Positions 1 to 7,222 of a DNA stretch of 37,101 nucleotides are shown piece after piece (within the stretch, counting starts at the first letter, position 1; each line of letters begins with the position of its first letter). This DNA comes from Clostridia bacterium (lineage in GTDB: Bacteria; Bacillota; Clostridia; Christensenellales; CAG-138), in assembly GCA_045576895.1 (NCBI GenBank), contig JAZNHI010000015.1, positions 1 to 37,101 on the forward strand, in the 5' to 3' direction. The notes beneath the pieces are model-generated. The model made no database searches. It had not been told where the DNA came from and worked only from the letters and a program-made list of their open reading frames with translations. Both the position numbers and the translations under genes were made by a program.

Positions 1-875
1 CGGAAATGGTCGATGCGGATCACGTCAAACCGATCGGCAACTGCCTTCACGCGGCGGCGCCACCACTGGAACCCGTCGGCTTCGTGCTTTGCCCAATCGT
101 AGATCGGGTTGCCCCAAAGCTGGCCGAGCTCGGAGAAGTAATCCGGCGGCACTCCGGCAACGAGCGACGGATTGTGCCGTTCATCCATCAGGAACAGATC
201 CGGATCCGCCCAGACGTCTGCGCTGTCATGCGGGACATAAATCGGGATATCGCCGATCAGCTTGACACCGTTTTTGCCCGCATAGGCGTGCAGCGGTTTC
301 CATTGCCTGTCAAATTCATATTGAATGAAGCACTGGAAATCCACTTCGTCTTTCAGCAGCTCGGTGTATTTTGCAACGGCTTCCGGATTGCGATCGCGGA
401 TCTCCGGATCGGGCCAGGCATACCATGCCGCATTGTTGAAATGTGATTTCACGGCGCAGAACAATGCATAGGTATCGAGCCACCAGGCGTTTTCACGAAC
501 GAAGTCCGCCATTTCCGACCGGTCAAACCGTGCAAACGCCTTGCGCAGAACGGTAAAACGGTTTTCCCAAAGCTTACCGTAGTCCACACGCGTCGGATCG
601 CTGCCCCAATCCAGATCGCATTCTTCTTCGGTCAGGAGTCCTTCTTCGATCAGCTTGTCCAGATCGACAAGATACGGATTGCCCGCATAGGTGGAACTGC
701 TCTGATACGGGGAGTCCGCATATCCCGTCGGGTTGACGGGCAGCATCTGCCAGTAGGTCTGACCGGACGCTTTCAGAAAATCAATAAAGGCATACGCTTC
801 TTTCCCGAGCGTGCCGACGCCGAATCGGCTCGGCAGCGAGGTCACATGCATCAGAATACCGCAAGCACGTTTCAT
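1..875 (-). CDS. malQ: 4-alpha-glucanotransferase (amylomaltase, GH77); N-terminal ~291 aa, 3' end runs off the window
   Basis: Absent from the ORF track because the frame is open at the left edge. Hand translation of the reverse strand from the ATG (complement of 873-875) gives MKRACGILMHVTSLPSRFGVGTLGKEAYAFIDFLKASGQTYWQMLPVNPTGYADSPYQS...GDIPIYV...WGNPIYDW. This is the canonical MalQ N-terminus and motifs. Confidence 0.9.
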   Translation of the reverse strand, partial: MKRACGILMHVTSLPSRFGVGTLGKEAYAFIDFLKASGQTYWQMLPVNPTGYADSPYQSSSTYAGNPYLVDLDKLIEEGLLTEEECDLDWGSDPTRVDYGKLWENRFTVLRKAFARFDRSEMADFVRENAWWLDTYALFCAVKSHFNNAAWYAWPDPEIRDRNPEAVAKYTELLKDEVDFQCFIQYEFDRQWKPLHAYAGKNGVKLIGDIPIYVPHDSADVWADPDLFLMDERHNPSLVAGVPPDYFSELGQLWGNPIYDWAKHEADGFQWWRRRVKAVADRFDVIRIDHF

Positions 876-998
876 GACTGTTTCCCTTCTTTCTTGTTTG
901 TGGAAAATTGTGTTTCTATTTTATCACATCTGTGTTATAATACAAGACGAAAATACGGAAGAAGTCGAAAAAATATATATTTAAGGAACAGGAGCGTT

Positions 999-1910
999 AT
1001 GGAACAGAATCATCTCGTTATGTTATCTCCGGAAGTGGAAGAAGCGATCCGGAAAGGACTTCCGATCGTTGCAATGGAAAGCACGATCATTTCGCACGGC
1101 ATGCCCTATCCGCAAAATGTGGAGACCGCATTGAACTGTCAGCGCATCTGCCGGGAAAACGGCGCCGTCCCCGCGACATGCGCGGTCATCGGAGGGAAAC
1201 TCTGCGCGGGACTGACGGACGAGCAGATCGATTACCTCGGCAGGGAAGGACACAATGTGACAAAAGCAAGCCGAAGGGATCTCCCGATGCTGATCGCCAA
1301 GGGAATGGACGGCGCAACGACCGTTGCGGCAACCATGATCGTGGCGGCTGCTGCAGGCATCCGCGTATTTGCAACCGGCGGGGTCGGCGGCGTACATCGC
1401 GGCGCGGAAACGACAATGGATATTTCCGCAGACCTTGAAGAGCTTGCGGAGACGCCTGTCTGCGTGGTGTGTGCAGGCGCCAAGAGCATTCTTGACCTGA
1501 ACCTTACGATGGAGTATCTGGAAACCAAGGGCGTTCCCGTGATCGGCTTCGGTACGGACGAGCTTCCTGCGTTCTATACCCGCAGAAGCGGGATCAACGT
1601 GCCGTGGCGCAGCGACGATCCGAATGAAATCGCCGGCGCGATCAATGCCTCGAAGGAACTCGGCTATCCCGGCGGCATGCTCGTCGTGAATCCGATTCCC
1701 GAGGCGTATTCGATGGACGCCGACGTCATCAACAAAGCGATCGACGATGCGATCGAGGAAGCAAAGGCGCAGGGGATCAAAGGCAAGGAAACGACGCCGT
1801 TCCTCCTTGCAAAGATCAAGGACATCACCGGCGGGTCGAGTCTTGCCGCGAACATTCAGCTTGTATACAATAATGTCCGACTTGCGGCAAAGATCGCGGC
1901 AAATCTGTAA
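999..1910 (+). CDS. psuG: pseudouridine-5'-phosphate glycosidase
   Basis: MEQNHLVMLSPEVEEAIRKGLPIVAMESTIISHGMPYPQN... is PsuG/IndA-like over its full length (303 aa). The ATG at 999 is preceded by AGGAACAGGAG. The track's upstream extension from 846 has no RBS or family similarity. Confidence 0.9.
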   Translation: MEQNHLVMLSPEVEEAIRKGLPIVAMESTIISHGMPYPQNVETALNCQRICRENGAVPATCAVIGGKLCAGLTDEQIDYLGREGHNVTKASRRDLPMLIAKGMDGATTVAATMIVAAAAGIRVFATGGVGGVHRGAETTMDISADLEELAETPVCVVCAGAKSILDLNLTMEYLETKGVPVIGFGTDELPAFYTRRSGINVPWRSDDPNEIAGAINASKELGYPGGMLVVNPIPEAYSMDADVINKAIDDAIEEAKAQGIKGKETTPFLLAKIKDITGGSSLAANIQLVYNNVRLAAKIAANL

Positions 1911-1948
1911 AACAACCGAATTTCTCCCGTTTTCGGCGGATTCGGCAC

Positions 1949-1977
1949 TTGCGGATCCTGCTGAAATAGGGTATAAT
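1949..1977 (+). promoter_or_regulatory. sigma-A-type promoter for the dockerin/NlpC-P60 gene
   Basis: TTGCGG (1949-1954), 17-nt spacer, TATAAT (1972-1977), about 30 nt upstream of the start codon. Confidence 0.5.
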
Positions 1978-2007
1978 ACCGTGTAGCATGGAATGAACGG
2001 AGGTATT

Positions 2008-2853
2008 ATGAGGAAACGGATTCTTGCGCTGCTGCTGTGTGTATGCATGGCGGTCACGTGTTTCGCATATTCTGCTGCCGATGCTTTCTTGAGCGGCGAC
2101 GCAAACGGTGACGGAAAGGTTTCCGCCGCCGATGCTGCGCTTGCCCTTCGTTATATTGTCGGATTGGATCACAGGATGACCACTCACGGCAAGATGCAGG
2201 CGGATATCGATCTTAACGGATCGATCGATGCGGACGATGCTGCAGCGATCCTGAGACACGTCGCAAGGCTGCAGACGATCGGAACGGTTGAAACGGATGC
2301 AGAACTTCTGCAGCGCCTGAATCAAAAATCCATGTTGGATGACCGAAATATGACGGAATGGGTCGCGCGTTTTATTCAAGCCCTTCCCTCGAACAGCCCG
2401 TATCGGACGATTCTGTATGAGGGCGCAAAGTACCTCGGCAGACCGTACAGCGAGTTTACATGCGATCAATTTGTTTCGGCGGCTTACAATGATGCGGGGA
2501 TTCCAAAGACGGTTTACCCGCAGCTGAGCAGCAACAACACGCTGGATTGGTTCCGGGAGAAGGATCGTAAAATACAAGATCCGGACCAAAAGTATCTTCA
2601 GCCGGTCGTTATCAAGGGATACGATTCGGGAACGAACAAGCCGATCTTCGATACAAGTAAATGGAAACCGGGCTGCGTTTTGCTTTATACAAACCCGAGT
2701 AACAACCGCGGCAACCATCTGGCGCTTTACGTCGGATGTATTGACGACACCGATATTATCATGGATTCCGGGACAAGCGATGGCGTTCGCCTGATTGAAC
2801 TGTGGGAATACTCGAATTGGAAACTGTCGTATTATATTGATCCGTTGAAATGA
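2008..2853 (+). CDS. secreted dockerin-containing NlpC/P60 (C40) family cell-wall hydrolase
   Basis: Signal peptide MRKRILALLLCVCMAVTCFA. Two dockerin Ca-binding repeats (GDANGDGKVSAADAALALRYIVG; DIDLNGSIDADDAAAILRHV). C-terminal NlpC/P60-like core (FTCDQFVSAAY...GNHLALYVG). GGAGG lies before the ATG at 2008. Confidence 0.75.
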   Translation: MRKRILALLLCVCMAVTCFAYSAADAFLSGDANGDGKVSAADAALALRYIVGLDHRMTTHGKMQADIDLNGSIDADDAAAILRHVARLQTIGTVETDAELLQRLNQKSMLDDRNMTEWVARFIQALPSNSPYRTILYEGAKYLGRPYSEFTCDQFVSAAYNDAGIPKTVYPQLSSNNTLDWFREKDRKIQDPDQKYLQPVVIKGYDSGTNKPIFDTSKWKPGCVLLYTNPSNNRGNHLALYVGCIDDTDIIMDSGTSDGVRLIELWEYSNWKLSYYIDPLK

Positions 2854-2861
2854 AAACAAAT

Positions 2862-2888
2862 AGCAGGCCGGTTGACCTGCTGTTTTTC
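2862..2888. terminator. intrinsic terminator between convergent genes
   Basis: AGCAGG...CCTGCT stem followed by GTTTTTC, with an A-rich tract on the other side. It sits between the stops at 2853 (+) and 2901 (-). Confidence 0.6.
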
Positions 2889-2900
2889 TGTGTTGTTTTA

Positions 2901-3638
2901 TCAGTGTCGGTTGATAAATTCCGCGTTCAGATGATCCAGAACGCCGCCGTAGGGTAGCGCACCGTTGATTGCACGGGCAGTACAGCGGTTCAGATCGACA
3001 AGTTTCAACGTGGAGAATCCGTTCAGTACAATGCGGTACGGATGCGTCGTGTTGCCGACGCTTTCACGACCGCCGATCGTAAAACCGAGATGCGGAATCT
3101 CGGACACAAACGCGTCGCATGCTTCCTCGGACACAAACGCCATCGTCAGATGAATGCGGCGTACAAGGTTCAGATCGCCGTCCCTGTGCTGAACGGATTT
3201 GATGTATGCAGCGTTTTCGACGGACTGCAGCTTTGCATCGTCTGGAAAGAGCAAGCAATAATACGTAGCGTAATCCGGTTCCGCAACGTGTCCGCAGGTA
3301 ACGCGCAGCTTCGTTTCCGCGCGGCAGATGGCTGACACCCGATGGATCAGAGCATCGTCGGATGTATAAAAGTAGAACTGGATCAGGTCTTTCATGCCGA
3401 TGCCGCCGACGAAGATCGCGGCGTCTTCGATCTGTTCGGCAAGAAGATGCTGCAGCGCGTTTGCACGGCGCTCCTCCGCGCGAGAGAATGCGATCGCTTC
3501 CGGTTCATGCGGGGCAACGCTGACAAACACGAGCTGCGAGTATGCCAAAGTGGGAAGCAGCTCCCAGTATTGCATATCAACCTGAAAAACCGCTTCCCGC
3601 TCGTTCCACTCCCATTCGTATTTCAGCCAATCAGTCAT
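2901..3638 (-). CDS. DUF695 / RraB-like (regulator of ribonuclease activity B family) two-domain protein
   Basis: N-terminal half fits the DUF695 pattern (W..Y...VD......L.FV.V...E....L...IED.A.FVG......FYFY). C-terminal half is RraB-like (DGDLNLVRRIHLTMAFVSEEACDAFVSEI..LGFTI...YGGVLD). Its start codon overlaps the alaS stop by 8 nt. Confidence 0.6.
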   Translation of the reverse strand: MTDWLKYEWEWNEREAVFQVDMQYWELLPTLAYSQLVFVSVAPHEPEAIAFSRAEERRANALQHLLAEQIEDAAIFVGGIGMKDLIQFYFYTSDDALIHRVSAICRAETKLRVTCGHVAEPDYATYYCLLFPDDAKLQSVENAAYIKSVQHRDGDLNLVRRIHLTMAFVSEEACDAFVSEIPHLGFTIGGRESVGNTTHPYRIVLNGFSTLKLVDLNRCTARAINGALPYGGVLDHLNAEFINRH

Positions 3639-5427
3639 GGATCAGCACAGCTTTGATTCGGCGAACGCCGCTTGACGAGGCTTCTTCCTTTTTGATCTCA
3701 AAGCGTCCGAGATCGCCGGTATTCTTTGCGTGCGGACCGCCGCAGATCTCCTTTGAGTACTTACCCATCGTATAGACCTTGACTTTTTCGCCGTACTTGC
3801 TTTCAAAGAGACCGATCGCGCCTTGCGCCTTCGCTTCTTCGACGGTCATTTCCTCGCAGGTGATCGGGACCTTCGCCGCAATCGCTTCGTTCACAAGGCG
3901 TTCGACTTCCTTCAGCTCCTCCGGCGTAACCTTTCTGCCGAAGCTGAAATCGAAGCGCAGACGCTCCGCGGTGATGTTGCTGCCCTTCTGCGAGACCGTG
4001 TCGTCGTTCAGAACCTTCCGAAGCGCCGCCTGCAGAAGATGCGTTGCGGAATGCAGCGCTGCAGTCGCTTCGCTGTTGTCCGCCAGGCCGCCCTTAAAGC
4101 GCTGTTCGGCGCCCGCTTGGGATTTCTTCTGATGCTCCTCAAACGCGGCGGCAAAGCCCTTCTCGTCAACCGTAACGCCCTTTTCCTTCGCAAGTTCCAC
4201 GGTGAGCTCGATCGGGAAGCCGTAGGTGTCATAGAGGTGGAAGGCAGATACGCCGTCGATCGCCTGACCGTCGAGGTTCGCAATCAGCTTGTTGAATTCC
4301 TTCAAGCCCTTCTTCAGCGTGTCGGCGAAGCGGTTTTCCTCCTTGCGAAGCTCGGAGAGGATCTTTTCACGGTTGTCAATGAGCTCGCTGTAGACCTCGC
4401 CGTACTGGTCGATGATCTTTTCCGCGATCGTGCAGAGCGCATAGCGCGGCATGTTAAGCTGCGACGCAAAGCGGATGCTGCGGCGGATGAGGCGGCGGAG
4501 GATATAGCCCTGGTCGACGTTCGACGGGGTCACGCCGCGCTGATCGCCGAGGATGAACACGATGCAGCGGGTATGGTCCGCAATGATGCGGAACGCGCGT
4601 GTCGTTTCGGGATCGTCTTTATAGCCCTTGTGCGAAAGCTCCGCGATGAGCGCGATGATGCCGGAGAACGCGTCGGTGTCAAACACGCTTTCGACGCCCT
4701 GCAGCGTGGCGACCGTGCGGTCGAGGCCCATGCCGGTGTCGACGTTCTTCTGCTCGAGCGGTTCAAAGACACCGTCCGCGACCTTGTTGTACTCCATGAA
4801 GACGTTGTTCCAGATTTCGAGGTACTTGCCGCAGTCGCAGCCTGCCTTGCAGTCGGGACCGCATGCGGGTCTTCCGGTGTCGTAGAAGATCTCGGTGTCC
4901 GGACCGCACGGACCGGTTTGTCCCGCGGGACCCCACCAGTTGTGCTTCTTCGGAAGATAGACGATATGCGAGGGATCCACGCCCATTTCGACCCAGCGGT
5001 CGTGTGCCACTGTGTCGCGCGGCGCGTCCTTGTCACCCTCAAAGCAGGTGAAATACAGCTTGTCCTTCGGAATACCGAGCCATTTTTCGTCGGTCAGGAA
5101 TTCCCACGAAAACGCAATGCTTTCTTTCTTGAAATAGTCGCCGAGCGACCAGTTCCCGAGCATTTCAAAGAACGTGCAGTGCGAGGAATCGCCGACTTCG
5201 TCGATGTCGCCGGTGCGGACGCATTTCTGCACGTCGCAAAGCCTTTTGCCCTCCGGGTGTTTTTCGCCCATCAGATACGGTACGAGCGGATGCATACCCG
5301 CCGTCGTAAAGAGCACGGTCGGGTCATTTTCGGGGATCAGGGAGGCGGAGGAGATGACCGCGTGTCCCTTGGACCGGAAGAAGTCCAGATACAATTGACG
5401 CAATTCTTTTGCGGTTAATGAACGCAT
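3631..5427 (-). CDS. alaS: alanine--tRNA ligase, short form (598 aa) lacking the C-terminal C-Ala domain
   Basis: MRSLTAKELRQLYLDFFRSKGHAVISSASLIPENDPTVLFTTAGM... is a class II AlaRS catalytic core. The editing domain is present (HSATHLL, CGGPH) and ends at ...GVRRIKAVLIHD*. AAAGGAA RBS lies before the ATG at 5427. Confidence 0.85.
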   Translation of the reverse strand: MRSLTAKELRQLYLDFFRSKGHAVISSASLIPENDPTVLFTTAGMHPLVPYLMGEKHPEGKRLCDVQKCVRTGDIDEVGDSSHCTFFEMLGNWSLGDYFKKESIAFSWEFLTDEKWLGIPKDKLYFTCFEGDKDAPRDTVAHDRWVEMGVDPSHIVYLPKKHNWWGPAGQTGPCGPDTEIFYDTGRPACGPDCKAGCDCGKYLEIWNNVFMEYNKVADGVFEPLEQKNVDTGMGLDRTVATLQGVESVFDTDAFSGIIALIAELSHKGYKDDPETTRAFRIIADHTRCIVFILGDQRGVTPSNVDQGYILRRLIRRSIRFASQLNMPRYALCTIAEKIIDQYGEVYSELIDNREKILSELRKEENRFADTLKKGLKEFNKLIANLDGQAIDGVSAFHLYDTYGFPIELTVELAKEKGVTVDEKGFAAAFEEHQKKSQAGAEQRFKGGLADNSEATAALHSATHLLQAALRKVLNDDTVSQKGSNITAERLRFDFSFGRKVTPEELKEVERLVNEAIAAKVPITCEEMTVEEAKAQGAIGLFESKYGEKVKVYTMGKYSKEICGGPHAKNTGDLGRFEIKKEEASSSGVRRIKAVLIHD

Positions 5428-5464
5428 GATACATATTCCTTTCGTAAAAAAACGATCAAAACTA

Positions 5465-5493
5465 ATTGTATGAAAAATCCTGCAATTTGTCAA
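5465..5493 (-). promoter_or_regulatory. sigma-A-type promoter for alaS
   Basis: Reverse strand: TTGACA (5493-5488), 17-nt spacer, TACAAT (5470-5465), leaving a leader of about 35 nt. Confidence 0.6.
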
Positions 5494-5495
5494 TG

Positions 5496-5522
5496 AAAAA
5501 CCGCCCTGTTTACACAGAGCGG
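5496..5522 (-). terminator. intrinsic terminator after ansA
   Basis: Reverse strand CCGCTCTG-tgtaaa-CAGGGCGG (8 bp including one G.U) followed by TTTTTC. Confidence 0.55.
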
Positions 5523-5536
5523 CGAAAGATTTTTAC

Positions 5537-6556
5537 TTATTCCGCCTCGGTATACAGGATATCGTGGCTCAGCGGCGTATAGAAACGCTCGCGCACGCGG
5601 TCCGGATCGCGCGTTTCGCCCATGATCCACATGAGCTTCGCAACCGCCGCTTCGGTCGTCATATCGTATGCTTCAATGATGTTCTGCTGCTTCAAGGCGT
5701 GTCCGACTTGATAGACGGTCAGATTGCTGCCTTCGTTCTGGACCTGCGTGGTGATGACGATCAGCTTGCCTTCCGAAACGCCCTTGTCGATCGCCGCGCG
5801 GAAGCAGCCGTTCGTGCCCTCGGGCAGTCCGCCGACGCCGAAGCTTTCGATGATGACGGCGTCGTATCGATCGAGTGCATAGGAGAGCATACCCGCGTCG
5901 GAGCCGGGGATCAGCTTGACAAGCCCAACGCTGCCGTTCAGTGTGTGCGAGAACTTCGCGCGCTCACGGTAGCCGAGGTCGATGTAATGCAGTACGCGTC
6001 CGTCCTGCAGCACGGCAAGCTCAGGATAGTTGATGCTCGCAAACGCCGAAAAGCTCTTGCTCCGCACCTTCTTTGCACGCGTGCCGAGGATGACGCTGCC
6101 GTTGAACACGATCGAAACGCCGCAGGCGCGGTCGTCGCAGGCATAGGTGAATGCGTCCAGAAGATTCTGTTTCGAGTCGGTCACGTCCATGCTGATGGGC
6201 TTTTGCGCGCCGGTGAGCACGATTGGCTTTTTCGAGCGCCGTGCAAGGTAGGAGAGCGCGGCGGCTGTGTACGCCATCGTGTCCGTGCCGTGACTGACCA
6301 CAAAGCCGTCATACGAATCGTAATATGATTCGATGCACGACGCGATTGTGAGCCAGTTTTCAGGCGTCATGTTCGTGCTGTCCACGCTCATGAGCTGCAT
6401 GCACTCCACGTCGCAGATCTCGCTGACGCGGGGGATGTAATTCAAAAGCTGATTCGAGCCGAGCTTCGGCGCAAGCCCGTCGGCTGTCATTTCAGAGGCG
6501 ATCGTACCGCCCGTTCCGATCAATAATATCTTTTTCATGCTTTCAGTATAGTCCAT
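5537..6556 (-). CDS. ansA: type I L-asparaginase
   Basis: MKKILLIGTGGTIAS...VVSHGTDTMAYTAAALSYL carries the asparaginase threonine-motif signatures. The true start may be the internal ATG at 6538 (MKKILL). Confidence 0.85.
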   Translation of the reverse strand: MDYTESMKKILLIGTGGTIASEMTADGLAPKLGSNQLLNYIPRVSEICDVECMQLMSVDSTNMTPENWLTIASCIESYYDSYDGFVVSHGTDTMAYTAAALSYLARRSKKPIVLTGAQKPISMDVTDSKQNLLDAFTYACDDRACGVSIVFNGSVILGTRAKKVRSKSFSAFASINYPELAVLQDGRVLHYIDLGYRERAKFSHTLNGSVGLVKLIPGSDAGMLSYALDRYDAVIIESFGVGGLPEGTNGCFRAAIDKGVSEGKLIVITTQVQNEGSNLTVYQVGHALKQQNIIEAYDMTTEAAVAKLMWIMGETRDPDRVRERFYTPLSHDILYTEAE

Positions 6557-6575
6557 TTATACCGAAAAAGCAATA

Positions 6576-6604
6576 CAAAAACAGAGCCGCAAACGCGACT
6601 CTGT
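6576..6604 (-). terminator. intrinsic terminator after rpmE
   Basis: Reverse strand ACAGAGTCGC-GTTT-GCGGCTCTGT (10 bp including one G.U) followed by TTTTTG. Confidence 0.7.
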
Positions 6605-6629
6605 GTTTTGTTGGAGTTCAAAGTTGTTC

Positions 6630-6827
6630 TTACAGACCGTAGCGCTTCTTGAAGCGATCTACTCGTCCGCCGCTGTCGACCAGCTTCTGACGGCCCGTGA
6701 AGAACGGGTGGCACTTGCTGCAGATTTCGACCTTCAGCTCGCCCTTGGTGGAGCCGGTAAGGAAGGTCTCGCCGCAGGCACAGCGCACGACCGCTTCGCC
6801 GTAAGACGGATGAATATTTTTCTTCAT
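6630..6827 (-). CDS. rpmE: 50S ribosomal protein L31 (Cys-containing, Zn-ribbon type)
   Basis: [65 protein letters not shown] is full-length L31. AAGGAG RBS. Confidence 0.95.
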   Translation of the reverse strand: MKKNIHPSYGEAVVRCACGETFLTGSTKGELKVEICSKCHPFFTGRQKLVDSGGRVDRFKKRYGL

Positions 6828-6868
6828 GTATTATCACTCCTTCGTCGTGTAATGCATTACCATCGGCT

Positions 6869-6896
6869 ATTATACCATGCCGTCCGAAAAAAGCAA
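6869..6896 (-). promoter_or_regulatory. candidate promoter for rpmE
   Basis: Reverse strand TTGCTT, 16-nt spacer, TGgTATAAT (extended -10). Confidence 0.5.
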
Positions 6897-6933
6897 GAAA
6901 AATTTTGCTGTTTTCATAACATTTTTTCGGAAG

Positions 6934-6980
6934 TCCTCCATTGCGCAAATCACAACATTCCTCCATTGCGCAAATCACAA
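6934..6980. repeat. tandem 22-nt direct repeat (period 25) carrying the TTGCGCAA palindrome plus an ATCAC tag
   Basis: TCCTCCATTGCGCAAATCACAA occurs at 6934-6955 and again at 6959-6980. Confidence 0.9.
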
Positions 6981-6987
6981 AATATGC

Positions 6988-7016
6988 TTGCATATCGGTA
7001 CAAATTGTGCTAAACT
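6988..7016 (+). promoter_or_regulatory. candidate promoter for the LRR-protein leader
   Basis: TTGCAT (6988-6993), 17-nt spacer, TGcTAAACT (extended -10, 7011-7016). This implies a leader of about 200 nt. Confidence 0.45.
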
Positions 7017-7149
7017 AAATATGGTATGCGACACGAATCGAATACATAATCCGGCTGAACAGCACTCATGTAGGTATATGCGAATTGCCCTTGGCAAAAG
7101 CGTACGGCTCCATGAGCACGCCTATCTGAGTTGTGTGTTCGATTTGTGT

Positions 7150-7207
7150 CGCAGCAAAGGAGCTTGCGTTTTTCGTGCGCGGCTCCCGCTGCGCACTTTT
7201 AATTTTT
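7150..7207 (+). promoter_or_regulatory. leader attenuator: two tandem intrinsic-terminator-like hairpins just upstream of the RBS
   Basis: CGCAGC-aaagga-GCT(T)GCG + TTTTT (7150-7173). Then GTGCGCGGC-tccc-GCTGCGCAC + TTTTAATTTTT (7175-7207). The GGAGG RBS follows at 7209. Confidence 0.45.
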
Positions 7208-7222
7208 GGAGGAGGAAGCAAG

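Noticed and set aside
846-998. N-terminal extension of psuG as drawn in the ORF track
   Set aside because: The extension covers the promoter and AT-rich leader and has no similarity to PsuG. The ATG at 999 has a strong RBS and gives a canonical-length protein.
1023-2859. Two 344-aa ORFs on the - strand (1023-2057 and 1825-2859)
   Set aside because: They are antisense to psuG and the dockerin/NlpC-P60 gene, and they span the intergenic promoter. They have no RBS or motifs.
3823-5418. 531-aa ORF on the + strand
   Set aside because: It is entirely antisense to the strongly recognisable alaS gene. Its Arg/Ala/Val/Leu-rich, low-information composition is typical of shadow frames in GC-rich coding DNA. 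It has no RBS.
5428-5536. Possible T-box leader upstream of the aminoacyl-tRNA synthetase gene
   Set aside because: The interval holds the ansA terminator and the alaS promoter, leaving only about 35 nt of leader. That is far too short for a T-box, and no T-box sequence is present.
7017-7222. c-di-GMP (GEMM-I/II) riboswitch in the LRR gene leader
   Set aside because: Fragments such as GGCAAAAGC and GCAGCAAAGGAGC resemble parts of GEMM-I, but the conserved ACGCAAAGC context and paired-helix layout are not there. I keep it only as an unclassified leader.
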